Shown: positions 1 to 9,791, counted from the first letter of the stretch. The stretch is 64,000 bases of DNA from an uncultured Actinomycetota bacterium (GCA_963746175.1 CAVVAH010000008.1:875701-939700), one strand, 5' to 3'. Made by a program: numbers and translations. The notes: generated by a model not told the origin, from the letters alone.

Positions 1-351
1 GAGCTGCGCGACGCGGACGTCAGCGCCGGTGAGGCGCGCCCCGTCCAGCGCCCCGACCCAGGCGCCGCCGGTGAGGCGGCAGCCGGCCGCCTCGCGCGGT
101 GGCGTTCTCGCGTCCCGGAGCAGGACCTGCTGGCTGGTGAGACAGCCGTCGGCGTCCAGGTCGCTCCACCGTGGACGCGCGGCCGCGGCCAGGCCCCGCG
201 AGTGCTCGGCAGCCACCGTCAGGCCGGCGAGCAGGCCGCGCGTCGACGTCGCCGCCGATGCCGCCTCCGGGACGGCGAGGACGCCGGAGAGCGCGAGTGC
301 GCCCCCGAGCAGAGCCACGAGACCGCCCCGGCCCGCGCGTGATCGCGCCAT
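1..351 (-). CDS. Secreted DUF1524/HNH-endonuclease-like protein, partial (runs off window start), apparently degenerate
   Basis: Manual translation from ATG 351 (GGGGAAG upstream): signal peptide MARSRAGRGGLVALLGGALALSG.., then WSDLDADGCLTSQQVLLRD..GCRLTGGAW..LDG, resembling actinobacterial secreted HNH (DUF1524) proteins. Not in the ORF track. Confidence 0.55.
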   Translation of the reverse strand, partial: MARSRAGRGGLVALLGGALALSGVLAVPEAASAATSTRGLLAGLTVAAEHSRGLAAAARPRWSDLDADGCLTSQQVLLRDARTPPREAAGCRLTGGAWVGALDGARLTGADVRVAQL

Positions 352-435
352 GCTTCCCCCCGACCGTGCCACCCCGACCCTCTGGTGCCCGGAGGCTAAC
401 CCGGCATCGACAGGTGGTGGCGCATTTTGCCCAGG

Positions 436-918
436 TCAGGCCGAACGGCGGCGAGCACCCGGGCCCGGACGGCCGGAGATCTCCCGGGTGGCCGACAGGC
501 GGTGGCCGTCGGCGCACTCGACGACCTGCGCCAGCGGTGCTCCGCAGTCGCGGTGCACGAAGGTGAGCGGCGGACCCTCGGCCGGCGCCATGTACCGGTC
601 TCCCCACGCGGCCATGGCGAGCAGCACGGGGTAGAGGTCCAGGCCCTTCTCGGTGAGCCGGTACTCGTCCCGCGTCCGCTGCCCCGGCTCCTGGTACGGC
701 ACCCGTCGTACGATGCCGAGCTCGGTGAGGCGGGCCAGCCGGGCGGTGAGGACCTGCCGCGGGATCGTCGTCCGCACCGTGAGCTGGTCGAAGCGCCGGA
801 TCCCGGAGAACAGCTCGCGAAGCACCACCAGCGACCACCGGTCGCCGATCGCCTCCGCGGTGCGCTGGATGGTGCAGGTCTCGGTCGACCAGCCCAGCGC
901 CTCGGGCTCGTCCATCAC
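436..918 (-). CDS. HxlR-family winged-helix transcriptional regulator
   Basis: CTIQRTAEAIGDRWSLVVLRELFSGIRRFDQL..EYRLTEKGLDL; AAGGAGG RBS upstream. Confidence 0.9.
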   Translation of the reverse strand: MMDEPEALGWSTETCTIQRTAEAIGDRWSLVVLRELFSGIRRFDQLTVRTTIPRQVLTARLARLTELGIVRRVPYQEPGQRTRDEYRLTEKGLDLYPVLLAMAAWGDRYMAPAEGPPLTFVHRDCGAPLAQVVECADGHRLSATREISGRPGPGARRRSA

Positions 919-962
919 TGCCTCCTTGTCCGGATCGGAACCCGTTCGAGACCAGAGTTCAC

Positions 963-996
963 TTGACAGACCCAGAGCCTATCGCAACCCTGGGTC
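963..996 (+). promoter_or_regulatory. Putative promoter (-35 TTGACA) with GACCCAG-N14-CTGGGTC dyad, candidate HxlR operator
   Basis: TTGACA 963-968; inverted repeat 969-975/990-996 ending just before ATG 998 in the divergent intergenic region. Confidence 0.5.
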
Positions 997-997
997 C

Positions 998-1492
998 ATG
1001 GAACAGATCCAGGTGCGTCCGGCCGGCGCCGCCGACACCGACGGCCTCCGCGAGCTCGTCGCCGGCCTGTCCCCGCGCTCCGCCTTCCTGCGGTTCTGCG
1101 CCGGGGTCGGCACCCCGAGCGGCCGGCTGCTGGCCGCGCTGCTGCGCCGCGACGCCGAGCACGGCGCGTGGGTCGCGACGAGCGGCCGCGCGGTGGTGGG
1201 ACACCTCAGCTGGGCGGTCGTCGCGGACGGCGTCGTCGAGGTGGGCGCGATGGTCGCCGACCCGTGGCAGGGCCGCGGCCTGGGTCGCGCGCTGGTCGAC
1301 CACGGCCTCGCCGAGGCCGCGGCCCGGGGCGCGAGCCACGTCCGGCTCGTGGTCCACCACGAGAACCGCACCCTGCTGCGCCGCCTCGTCGCCGGGGCGA
1401 CCTCGGTGCAGCGCGAGGACTACGACGTCGTCATCGACCGCCCGCTCGCCGACCTCCTCACCACCCGCCGCGACCTGCTGCTGGTGGCCTGA
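998..1492 (+). CDS. GNAT-family N-acetyltransferase
   Basis: MEQIQVRPAG..LSPRSAFLRF..VADPWQGRGLGRAL acetyl-CoA binding motif. Confidence 0.85.
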   Translation: MEQIQVRPAGAADTDGLRELVAGLSPRSAFLRFCAGVGTPSGRLLAALLRRDAEHGAWVATSGRAVVGHLSWAVVADGVVEVGAMVADPWQGRGLGRALVDHGLAEAAARGASHVRLVVHHENRTLLRRLVAGATSVQREDYDVVIDRPLADLLTTRRDLLLVA

Positions 1493-1511
1493 GCATGCCC
1501 GTCCCGTGCAA

Positions 1512-1594
1512 ATGATCACGGGACCGTGATCAACACGCCCTGACCGCGGTGAATCCGCCGCGGTTGGCGGTCGATGATCACGGGACCGTGATCA
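1512..1594. repeat. REP-like doublet: two identical copies of palindromic ATGATCACGGGACCGTGATCA
   Basis: Copies at 1512-1532 and 1574-1594, each a hairpin (TGATCACG..CGTGATCA). Confidence 0.7.
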
Positions 1595-1736
1595 TCCTGT
1601 CGTCGGGGACAGGTGGCCGACGGCGTGGACGGCGGCCAGGCTCCTCTCCTCCCACGGCGCTCTGACCGCAACCACCTCCTTCCTGCACGTGGCGCGACGG
1701 ACCGCCGCTACCACCGATCGGCGGTAGTCTGCGCCG

Positions 1737-2384
1737 GTGCGGACGCGACGTGGTGCGGCGGTGACGGTGGCTGTGCTCCTCCTCGCCGGCTGCGGCGGCA
1801 GCAGCGGCGCGCCGACGACGGCGACCTCACCGTCGCCGACCGCCGCTGCGAGCCCGGCCACTCAGGTGCTCGAGCTCGGCAAGTCCGAGCTCGAGCTGGA
1901 CGCCGGAGCGGTCCGCTCCCCCGAAGGGTTCGCGCCGGCCGTCGAGCTCGACGTCCCCGCGGGCTGGACCAGCACCCACCGGTACGCCGACGCGTTCGAC
2001 CTGGGGCAGGCCGACCCGACGGCGGACGCGCCGCTCGTGGTCGTGGCCGTCACGACGGCTCCCGAGCCGGCGGCCGCCGCCGCGCTGACGGCTGTGGCGG
2101 TGCGTCAGCACGGCGCCGATCCCACGCGCGGGACGGGCGACCTGCTCGGATCCCCCGCGCGGTCGCTCGAGGTCGTCGGCGGCCACGGACCGGCGTACGG
2201 CAGCAGGGACGGGTCGATCGCTCTCGACGCGGTGCCCGGCTACCGGCTGCGGCTGCTGGCCGCCGACGTCTCCGGGGCCGCGCTCGTGGTCGCGGTCCTC
2301 GTGGTCGACGACGAGCGCACCGAGGACCTGCTGGCTCAGGCCGACGCCCTCGTCGGCTCGCTGCGCACGACGGACGAGGTCTAG
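1737..2384 (+). CDS. Hypothetical lipoprotein
   Basis: Signal peptide with lipobox LLAGC, Ser/Thr/Pro linker, GC3-rich codon usage. Confidence 0.7.
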   Translation: MRTRRGAAVTVAVLLLAGCGGSSGAPTTATSPSPTAAASPATQVLELGKSELELDAGAVRSPEGFAPAVELDVPAGWTSTHRYADAFDLGQADPTADAPLVVVAVTTAPEPAAAAALTAVAVRQHGADPTRGTGDLLGSPARSLEVVGGHGPAYGSRDGSIALDAVPGYRLRLLAADVSGAALVVAVLVVDDERTEDLLAQADALVGSLRTTDEV

Positions 2385-2953
2385 GTGTTGTAGGTGTTCT
2401 GGGCCCGCTCGAGGCCCTCGGTCACCAGCGCCTCGACGGCGTCCGCGGTCCGGTCCACCTCGAGGTCGAGGTCCTTGCGCTCGGTCGCGCCGAAGTCCCG
2501 CAGGACGAACGCGGCGGCGTCCATCCGGCCGGGCGGTCGCCCGATGCCGAACCGGACCCGGTTGAACTCACCGGTCCCGAGGGAGCGTCGCACCGACTTC
2601 AGGCCGTTGTGGCCGTTGTCGCCGCCGCCCAGCTTGAGCCGGAGTCCGCCGTACGGCAGGTCGAGCTCGTCGTGCACGAGCACCAGGTGGTCGTCGGGCA
2701 CCTTGAAGAAGTCCCGCAACGCCGTGACGGGGCCGCCCGAGTCGTTCATGTACGTGCGCGGCTTGGCCAGCACGACGCGGACGCCGGCGAGCCGGCCTTC
2801 GAGGACCTCGGCGCGGGCCTTGTGCGCCTTGAACCTCCCGCCCATCCGGCCGGCGAGGACGTCGACGACCATGAAGCCGACGTTGTGGCGGTTGCCGGAG
2901 TAGCCGGGCCCGGGGTTGCCGAGCCCGACCACCAGCCAGACGTCGTCGCTCAT
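2381..2953 (-). CDS. pth: Peptidyl-tRNA hydrolase
   Basis: LVVGLGNPG..NRHNVGF..HDELDL..GGDNGHNGLKS. Confidence 0.97.
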   Translation of the reverse strand: MSDDVWLVVGLGNPGPGYSGNRHNVGFMVVDVLAGRMGGRFKAHKARAEVLEGRLAGVRVVLAKPRTYMNDSGGPVTALRDFFKVPDDHLVLVHDELDLPYGGLRLKLGGGDNGHNGLKSVRRSLGTGEFNRVRFGIGRPPGRMDAAAFVLRDFGATERKDLDLEVDRTADAVEALVTEGLERAQNTYNT

Positions 2954-3009
2954 CGCGTCGCTCTCGACCCGTCCGTCGACCGAAGGGTCGCGGCGGGAGC
3001 GGAAGAGCC

Positions 3010-3720
3010 TCAGCCGTCGGCCTTGTCGCCCTCGCCGGTCGGCGCGCCACCCTCGGCTGCCGCGCCGCCACCCTCACCCTCGGGAGCGGCCTCCGCCTCG
3101 GCGGCCTGCTCCTCGTCCGTGGGCTCGTGCACGATGCCGACCTCGGCCTCGGCCTCGGCGAGCTCGGCCTCGAGCTGCTCAGCGGTCGGCGCGGCGGTGA
3201 CGTTGACCAGCAGGGCCTCGGGGTCGGTGACCAGGGTGACGCCCGACGGCAGCTGCACGTCCTTGGCGTGGATCTGGTCGCCGACGTTGAGCCCGTCGAC
3301 CGAGACCTCGAAGCCGGTGGGGATGTGGGTGGCCTCGGCCTCGACCGAGAGCGTGTTGAGGTCTGTGGTGACCAGGGTCTCCGGCGCGGCGTCGCCGACG
3401 ACGTGGACGGCGATCTCGACGACGACCTTCTCGCCCTGGCGGACGAGGACCAGGTCGACGTGCTCGATGAAGCCCTTGATCGGGTCGCGCTGGACGTCCT
3501 TGGGCAGCGCCAGCTGGTCGGAGCCACCCATGTCGAGGGTGAGCAGCACGTTCTGCGTCTTGAGCGCCATCATCAGGTCGTGGCCCGGCAGCGAGATGTG
3601 CCGCGGGTCCTCGCCGTGGCCGTAGAGGACGGCGGGCACCTTGTTGTCGCGGCGGATGCGGCGGGCGGCGCCCTTGCCGAACTCGGTGCGCTGCTCGGCG
3701 GAAATGCGGACCTCGGACAC
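3010..3720 (-). CDS. rplY: 50S ribosomal protein L25 / general stress protein Ctc
   Basis: RTEFGKGAARRIRRDNKVPAVLYGHG; acidic tail; position between pth and prs. Confidence 0.97.
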   Translation of the reverse strand: MSEVRISAEQRTEFGKGAARRIRRDNKVPAVLYGHGEDPRHISLPGHDLMMALKTQNVLLTLDMGGSDQLALPKDVQRDPIKGFIEHVDLVLVRQGEKVVVEIAVHVVGDAAPETLVTTDLNTLSVEAEATHIPTGFEVSVDGLNVGDQIHAKDVQLPSGVTLVTDPEALLVNVTAAPTAEQLEAELAEAEAEVGIVHEPTDEEQAAEAEAAPEGEGGGAAAEGGAPTGEGDKADG

Positions 3721-3919
3721 GGCGGGGGTACTCCTCGAGACGATCGTCTGGTGGGTCAGGTCGGCGAGGAGGCTCGTGGACGATCCAGGGGACCCACGGG
3801 ACCCCGTCGATCACGGAGGCCGAAGGCTCCCTCGCCGGGCAACCGCAGCAGTCTAGCCGCGCCCGCAGGCACGGTCGAACCGGCCCGTACGGCAGCGGCG
3901 CGAGCCGCGCGTCAGGGCA

Positions 3920-4708
3920 TCAGGCGTCGGGAGCGAGCCGGCGCAGCTGGGCGGCGAGGCCCTCGACCGCGGACGGGTCGGACCCGGCGGCGGCGAGCGT
4001 CCGGGCGACCTCGTCCAGCTCCGGCCCCCACCGCCAGCCCACGTCGGCCAGCCCGGCCCGGAGGTCCGCCAGCTCTCCGAGCAGCTCTGCGCCCGGTCGG
4101 TCGGCCTCGGCGGCCAGCACGTCGGTCACACCGTGCGCGTCGGCGATCTCCGCCGCGAGGCTCGCCAGCACCATCCGGCCCTTGTTGAACAAGGCGTAGG
4201 CCTGCTTGGCGGCCGAGGCACGACCGACCTCCGTGCCGAGGACCACCGGAGTCACCCGGGTGCCGGCGACCACCGCCTCGACCTGCGCCACGGCGTCCGT
4301 CGGGCCGGCCAGGTAGAGGTGCGTGCGCCCGCCGTCGCGCGGCGGCGGCCCGACGACGCCGCCGTCGACGACGGTGGCGCCGACCGCCTCGACGGCCGTC
4401 CGCACCTCGTGCAGAGTCCCGGGCGAGAGCGGGTTGGCGTCGACGTACGTGCCGTGGAACCCGGTGGCCGCCACGAGCCGGGCGACGTCGACCGCCGCCT
4501 GCGGCGGCAGCACGCTGAGGACCACCTCAGCGCCGACGACCAGCGCCGCGGCGTCGTCGACCGCGGTCAGGCTCTCGGTGCGCGCCCGCGCTCTGGTCGC
4601 GTCGGACCGTCCGGTTGCCAGCCACCGGACCTCGTGGCCGGTCGCGACCAGCTCGCCGCCGATGCGCGACCCCATCGCTCCTGGATGGAGCAGAGCGACG
4701 ACCGTCAC
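3920..4708 (-). CDS. NAD(P)-dependent oxidoreductase (6PGD/3-hydroxyisobutyrate dehydrogenase-like, DUF1932-type)
   Basis: VALLHPGAMGS Rossmann start; YVDANPLSP; VDGGVVGPPP; ASAAKQAYA. Confidence 0.75.
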   Translation of the reverse strand: MTVVALLHPGAMGSRIGGELVATGHEVRWLATGRSDATRARARTESLTAVDDAAALVVGAEVVLSVLPPQAAVDVARLVAATGFHGTYVDANPLSPGTLHEVRTAVEAVGATVVDGGVVGPPPRDGGRTHLYLAGPTDAVAQVEAVVAGTRVTPVVLGTEVGRASAAKQAYALFNKGRMVLASLAAEIADAHGVTDVLAAEADRPGAELLGELADLRAGLADVGWRWGPELDEVARTLAAAGSDPSAVEGLAAQLRRLAPDA

Positions 4709-4711
4709 GCG

Positions 4712-5692
4712 TCAGGCGTGGCCGTCGAACAGGCTGGTGACCGAGCCGTCGTCGAAGACCTCGCGCACGGCGCGGGCGAGCAGGGTGGCGATGGGCAGCA
4801 CCGTGAGCTTGTCGAAGCGGACGTCGTCCGGGATCGGCAGCGTGTCCGTGACCACGACCTCGCTGACGCCGGAGTTCTTCAACCGGTCCACGGCCGGGCC
4901 GCTGAAGATGGCGTGCGTCGCGGCGATGATGACGTCGGCAGCACCCTCGGCGAACAAGGCGTCGGCGGCCTTCGTGATGGTGCCGGCGGTGTCGATCATG
5001 TCGTCCTGCAGGATGCAGACCCGCCCGGCGACGTCACCGACCACACGGTTCGCCTTGGCCTCGTTGGGCTTGTCGGGGTCGCGCGTCTTGTGGATGAACG
5101 CCAGCGGCGCGCCGTACATCGTCTCCGACCAGCGCTCCGCGAGCCGCAGCCGACCGGCGTCGGGCGACACGATCGTGACCCGCGAGTGGTCGACCCGCCG
5201 CTTGACGTAGGAGGAGAGCAGCGGCAGCGCGTAGAGGTGGTCGACGGGCCCGTCGAAGAAGCCCTGGATCTGCGCCGTGTGCAGGTCGACGGCCATCATC
5301 CGGTCGGCGCCGGCCACCTGGAACAGGTCGGCGACGAGCCGGGCCGAGATCGGCTCGCGGCCGCGGCCCTTCTTGTCCTGGCGGGCGTAGGGGAAGAAGG
5401 GCATGACCACGGTGATCCGCTTGGCGCTGGCCCGCTTGAGGGCGTCGACCATGATGAGGGTCTCCATCACCCAGGTGTTGATCGGTGACGTGCAGCTCTG
5501 CAGCACGAACGCGTCGCAGCCGCGCACCGACTCCTTGTAGCGGATGTAGATCTCGCCGTTGGCGAAGTCGTAGGCCGTCGTCGGGGTGAGCTCGATGCCG
5601 AGCTCGGTGGCGACCGCCTCCGCGAGCTCAGGGTGTGCGCGCCCGGAGAAGAGCATCAGCTTCTTCTCGCCGGTCGTCTTGATGAAGCTCAT
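4712..5692 (-). CDS. prs: Ribose-phosphate pyrophosphokinase
   Basis: MSFIKTTGEKKLMLFSGRAHPELA..PYARQDKK..VSPDAG..DDMIDTAGT; ATGA overlap with glmU stop. Confidence 0.97.
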   Translation of the reverse strand: MSFIKTTGEKKLMLFSGRAHPELAEAVATELGIELTPTTAYDFANGEIYIRYKESVRGCDAFVLQSCTSPINTWVMETLIMVDALKRASAKRITVVMPFFPYARQDKKGRGREPISARLVADLFQVAGADRMMAVDLHTAQIQGFFDGPVDHLYALPLLSSYVKRRVDHSRVTIVSPDAGRLRLAERWSETMYGAPLAFIHKTRDPDKPNEAKANRVVGDVAGRVCILQDDMIDTAGTITKAADALFAEGAADVIIAATHAIFSGPAVDRLKNSGVSEVVVTDTLPIPDDVRFDKLTVLPIATLLARAVREVFDDGSVTSLFDGHA

Positions 5693-7197
5693 GCCTCTGG
5701 CCCTCCGCCGTCGCTGCTGCCCGCGCCCTGGTCGTGCTGCTGCTGTGCCGTCAGTCCCTCGTCGTCCGCCCCGCGTGCCAGCGCCCGCTCGGCGGCCGCG
5801 GACGTCCTCGTGCCCGCGCGCCGGCGGGCGACCCAGCCCGCGATGCCCCGCTGCTTGCCACGAGCCACCGCCAGCTCTCCCGGCTTGACGTCGTGGGTGA
5901 TGGTCGAGCCGGCCGCGACGTAGGCACCGTCGGCGATGTGGACGCCGCCGATGAGCACCGAGTCGCTGCCGACGAAGGAGTGCTCGCCCACCGTCGTGTG
6001 CTGCTTGGTCAGACCGTCGTAGTTGGCGAAGATCGTGCCGGCCCCGATGTTCGCGCCGGCCCCGATCGTGGCGTCGCCGACGTACGACAGGTGCGGCACC
6101 TTGGCGCCGTCGCCGACGTCGGCCTTCTTCATCTCGACGAAGCCGCCGGCCTTCGCCCCGCGGCCGAGCCGGGTGCCCGGGCGGAGGTAGGTATAGGGAC
6201 CGACAGTCGCCTCGGGGCCGATCAGCGCGCCGTCGGAGGTCGTGTTGCTGATGGTGGCACCGGCGCCGACCGTGGTGTCGGCCAGCAGGCAGTTGGGGCC
6301 GACCACCGCGCCGGTGGCGATGCTCGTGGTGCCCCGGAGGACCGTGTTCGGCTCGAGCAGGGTCTCCGGCTCGAGGGTCACGTCGGCGTCGATCCAGGTG
6401 GTCGCCGGGTCCATGACGGTGGTCCCGGCGAGCATCCAGCGCTCGACGGTGCGCCGGTTCAGCTCGCCGTGCAGCGCCGCGAGCTGCACCCGGTTGTTGA
6501 CGCCCTCGACCTGCCAACGGTCGGTGGTGGTGAGCGCACCGACCCGGCCGCCGGCAGCTCGAGCGTGCACGACGACGTCGGTGAGGTACAGCTCGCCCTG
6601 GGAGTTGTCGGTGTCGAGCAGAGCCAGACCGTCGCGCAGCGCGCCGGCGTCGAAGGCGTAGACCCCGGAGTTGATCTCGGTGACGGCGAGCTCGTCGGGC
6701 GTGCCGTCCTTCTGCTCGACGATCCGAGCGACCGACCCGTCGGCGGCGCGCAGCACCCGGCCGTACCCGGTGGGGTCGTCGACCACGGCGGTGAGGATCG
6801 TCGCGGCGTTGCCGTCGGCGGCGTGGGTGGCGAGCAGGTCGCGGAGGGTCTCGCTCGTGAGCAGCGGGACGTCGCCGTACGTCACGACGACAGTGCCGGT
6901 CAGCCGCGGCAGTCCCTCGAGCGCGCAGCCGACGGCGTGGCCGGTGCCCAGCTGCTGGTCCTGGACGGCTGTACCGGCCTTGGGCGTGACCTCGGCGAGG
7001 TGCGCCGCGACCTGGTCGCGGCCGTGACCGACCACGACGACGAGGTGCTCGGGCTCGAGGCCCTCGCCGGCGAGCACCGCGTGGTGCACGAGCGCGCGGC
7101 CGCCCACCTGGTGGAGGACCTTCGGGATCGACGACTTCATCCGGGTGCCCTCGCCGGCGGCGAGGACGACCACGGCGGCCGGTCGGTCGGGGCTCAC
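5689..7197 (-). CDS. glmU: Bifunctional UDP-GlcNAc pyrophosphorylase / GlcN-1-P acetyltransferase
   Basis: LAAGEGTRMKS, QLGTGHAV, hexapeptide repeats, KVPHLSYVGDA. Confidence 0.97.
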   Translation of the reverse strand: MSPDRPAAVVVLAAGEGTRMKSSIPKVLHQVGGRALVHHAVLAGEGLEPEHLVVVVGHGRDQVAAHLAEVTPKAGTAVQDQQLGTGHAVGCALEGLPRLTGTVVVTYGDVPLLTSETLRDLLATHAADGNAATILTAVVDDPTGYGRVLRAADGSVARIVEQKDGTPDELAVTEINSGVYAFDAGALRDGLALLDTDNSQGELYLTDVVVHARAAGGRVGALTTTDRWQVEGVNNRVQLAALHGELNRRTVERWMLAGTTVMDPATTWIDADVTLEPETLLEPNTVLRGTTSIATGAVVGPNCLLADTTVGAGATISNTTSDGALIGPEATVGPYTYLRPGTRLGRGAKAGGFVEMKKADVGDGAKVPHLSYVGDATIGAGANIGAGTIFANYDGLTKQHTTVGEHSFVGSDSVLIGGVHIADGAYVAAGSTITHDVKPGELAVARGKQRGIAGWVARRRAGTRTSAAAERALARGADDEGLTAQQQHDQGAGSSDGGGPEA

Positions 7198-7306
7198 GCT
7201 GGGAGCGCTCCTGGCGGCGAGGCGGCGGGCTGGCGTCGTGCGGCTCGTACAGCAGGAGGATACCCGGGGTTCAGCCCCGGGCCACCACCCCTCGATCGCC
7301 CGGGAC

Positions 7307-7380
7307 TGGCTCCCGGGCGAGGGATCGAACCTCGATAGCTGACTCCAAAGGTCAGCGTCCTGCCATTGGACGACCCGGGA
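7307..7380 (-). tRNA. tRNA-Gln(TTG)
   Basis: Cloverleaf TCCCGGG../CTGAC-CT-TTG-GA-GTCAG anticodon arm/GGTTCGATCC T-arm, ends GCCA; usual position upstream of glmU. Confidence 0.95.
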
Positions 7381-7553
7381 AGGTCACGACGTGCAGCGGT
7401 CCCTGTGCATGCTAACGACGCCGCCGGCGGCTCAAGCCCCACGCCGCCGCAGCCGACTGATGCTCTGTGAACAGGGCCGCTCCCCGGCGACCGGGACGAG
7501 CAGCTCCGGCATCTTTCGGCGGGCGTTGGCAGGGCCCCGTGCGGTGGCCGGAG

Positions 7554-7733
7554 ATGGACTTCTTCTGCCCGCAGGCAACCGCGCCGGCCCGGCCCCGACG
7601 GCGACGGCGACGGCCGCGCCGGCTGGCGGAGACCGTCCTCCCGGCATATCTCCCACCACGTCACTACGCCCTGCGGTGGCAGGTCCTGCTGTGGCTCGGG
7701 TGCGTCCTCGTCGCGCTCATCGGCTATGCGTAG
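7554..7733 (+). CDS. Possible small membrane protein
   Basis: C-terminal hydrophobic segment WQVLLWLGCVLVALIGYA; start uncertain (7467 or 7554). Confidence 0.3.
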   Translation: MDFFCPQATAPARPRRRRRRPRRLAETVLPAYLPPRHYALRWQVLLWLGCVLVALIGYA

Positions 7734-7916
7734 TCGCACGTGGGCTAGGCTTCTCGAGTCCTAGTCGCCGGCCCAGCGACTCCACGTCGGCTCACTGACG
7801 GGCGCACAGGCTCACGCACTCGCGCGTGGATGCTGCGTTGGGCGGGCCGGCGGGCCACCCCCTCGCCCAAGGAGTTGCCCCGACATGCGCGCAGCGCCTG
7901 TGCCTGGACCGGCCTG

Positions 7917-8594
7917 ATGGCCACCGCTGCGTCGTCCGGACCCGTCGACGGCAGGAAGAGCCCGAGCCGGAAGGACAGCCGGCTGCGGATGACCGGCAAG
8001 GAGCGGCGCGAGCAGCTGCTCGACGTGGGCCGGTCCCTGTTCGCGGAGAAGGGCTTCGACGCCACGTCTGTCGAGGAGATCGCTGCCAGGGCAGGCGTCT
8101 CGAAGCCCGTCGTGTACGAGCACTTCGGCGGCAAGGAAGGCCTCTACGCCGTCGTCGTCGACCGCGAGATGCGTGCGCTGCTCGACTCCATCACCGGAGC
8201 CCTGCGCAGCAGCGGCCACCCCCGGGACCTCCTCGAGCGGGCCGCCTTCGCGCTGCTCGACTACGTCGAGACCTCGTCGGACGGTTTCCGGATCCTCGTC
8301 CGTGACTCCCCCGTCGCCCAGTCGACCGGCACCTTCTCCTCGCTCATCGGTGACGCCGCGAGCCAGGTCGAGCACATCATGGCCAACCAGCTCAAGGAGC
8401 GCGGCTTCGAGCCGAAGCTCGCGCCGATGTACGCGCAGATGCTCGTGGGCATGGTCGCTCTCACCGGCCAGTGGTGGCTCGACGCCCGCAAGCCCAAGAA
8501 GGCCGAGGTCGCCGCGCACCTGGTGAACCTGGCGTGGAACGGCCTGTCCGGGCTCGAGGCGAAGCCGGGCCTGCACGACGGCACCCGGCCCTGA
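7917..8594 (+). CDS. TetR-family transcriptional regulator (Rv1019-like)
   Basis: RMTGKERREQLLDVGRSLFAEKGFDATSVEEIAARAGVSKPVVYEHFGGKEGLY; start approximate. Confidence 0.92.
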   Translation: MATAASSGPVDGRKSPSRKDSRLRMTGKERREQLLDVGRSLFAEKGFDATSVEEIAARAGVSKPVVYEHFGGKEGLYAVVVDREMRALLDSITGALRSSGHPRDLLERAAFALLDYVETSSDGFRILVRDSPVAQSTGTFSSLIGDAASQVEHIMANQLKERGFEPKLAPMYAQMLVGMVALTGQWWLDARKPKKAEVAAHLVNLAWNGLSGLEAKPGLHDGTRP

Positions 8595-8595
8595 C

Positions 8596-8991
8596 TCACT
8601 CCCGGTCGAGCGGCTCCAACAGCTCGAGCCGGTTGCCGTGCGGATCGCTGAGGTAGCAGCGGCGGTAGCCGGGGAACCCGGCGTCCCACTCGACGGCTGC
8701 CCCGCGCGCCGCGAGCCGCTCGGCGTACGCCGGCAGGTCCGCGACCAGCATCCCCGGATGTGCCTTGCGGGCCGGGTGGAAGTCGTCCTCGACGCCGAGG
8801 TGCAGCTCGAGCGCACCGGCCCGGAACCACGCGCCGCCGCGGGCGGCCAGGGCCGCGGGCTTGGACACCTCGGTCATGCCGAGCACATCGACGTAGAACT
8901 CCCGCAGCACGTCCTCGGAGCCGCGCGGGCACGCCAGCTGCACGTGGTGCAGCCCGACCAGCCCGACCGGCCCGACCGGCCCGCCGGTCAC
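8596..8991 (-). CDS. VOC/glyoxalase-family protein
   Basis: GLHHVQLACPRGSE..FY..LG..ELHLGVE..DPHGNRLELL; GTGA overlap with tam stop. Confidence 0.88.
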   Translation of the reverse strand: MTGGPVGPVGLVGLHHVQLACPRGSEDVLREFYVDVLGMTEVSKPAALAARGGAWFRAGALELHLGVEDDFHPARKAHPGMLVADLPAYAERLAARGAAVEWDAGFPGYRRCYLSDPHGNRLELLEPLDRE

Positions 8992-9791
8992 GCCGCGGCC
9001 CGTCGCGCCACGACGAAGATCCGTCGGAACGGCAGCACGGTGCCCCAGTCGTGCTGCGGGTACGCCGGGGCGAGCAGCGCGCGGTAGTCGGTGAGGAACT
9101 CCTCGCGGTCCGCCTCCTCTTCTAGCGCCTGGAGGTAGGGCCGCAGCCCGGTCCCCGTGACCCAGCGCACGACCGCGTCGTCGCCGCTGAGCACGTGCAG
9201 GTACGTCGTCTCCCACGCGTCGACGGTGCAGCCGAGTCCGGCGAGCAGCTCGAGGTAGGTCTGCGCGGACTCGACCGCCGGGCGGGCCCGGTCGCGACCG
9301 CCGAACGTGGCCGCCCAGCGCGGCGACGTCGCGACCTCGGCCATCGCGGTGTGGCTGCGCTCACCGAAGTTGCCCGGGACCTGGAAGGCGAGCCAACCAC
9401 CTGGCGAGACCTGGTGGACGAGCCCCGGCAGCAGGTCGAGGTGGCCGGGCACCCACTGCAGGGTCGCGTTGCTCACGAGGACGTCGACCGGCTCCCGCGG
9501 GTGCCACTCCCGCAGGTCGGCCACCTCGAATGACAGCCGACGAGTCGCGTGCTCGCGCTGCGCCTGCTCGATCATCTCGGGCGAGGAGTCGAGGCCGCGC
9601 ACGTCGGCGGCCGGCCAGCGGTCGGCCAGGGTGGCCGTGAGGTTGCCCGGCCCGCAGCCCAGGTCCGCGACGCGGGCCGGCCGGTCGGCGGTGACGCGTG
9701 CCATCAGGTCCTGGAAGGGCCGGCCGCGCTCCGCGGCGAACTGCAGGTACTGCTCCGGGTCCCACCGCACGACTGCCTCCGGCATTCTCAT
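8988..9791 (-). CDS. tam: Trans-aconitate 2-methyltransferase
   Basis: WDPEQYLQFAAERGRPF..DLGCGPGN..SNATLQWVP..LPFRRIF; divergent from TamR. Confidence 0.93.
   Translation of the reverse strand: MRMPEAVVRWDPEQYLQFAAERGRPFQDLMARVTADRPARVADLGCGPGNLTATLADRWPAADVRGLDSSPEMIEQAQREHATRRLSFEVADLREWHPREPVDVLVSNATLQWVPGHLDLLPGLVHQVSPGGWLAFQVPGNFGERSHTAMAEVATSPRWAATFGGRDRARPAVESAQTYLELLAGLGCTVDAWETTYLHVLSGDDAVVRWVTGTGLRPYLQALEEEADREEFLTDYRALLAPAYPQHDWGTVLPFRRIFVVARRAAA

Noticed and set aside
4712-6517. Apparent 601-aa Prs fusion (likewise 779-aa TatD, 1077-aa GH43, 918-aa SecDF)
   Set aside because: Extensions are off-frame readings of the upstream genes; real starts are marked by ATGA/GTGA overlaps or an RBS.
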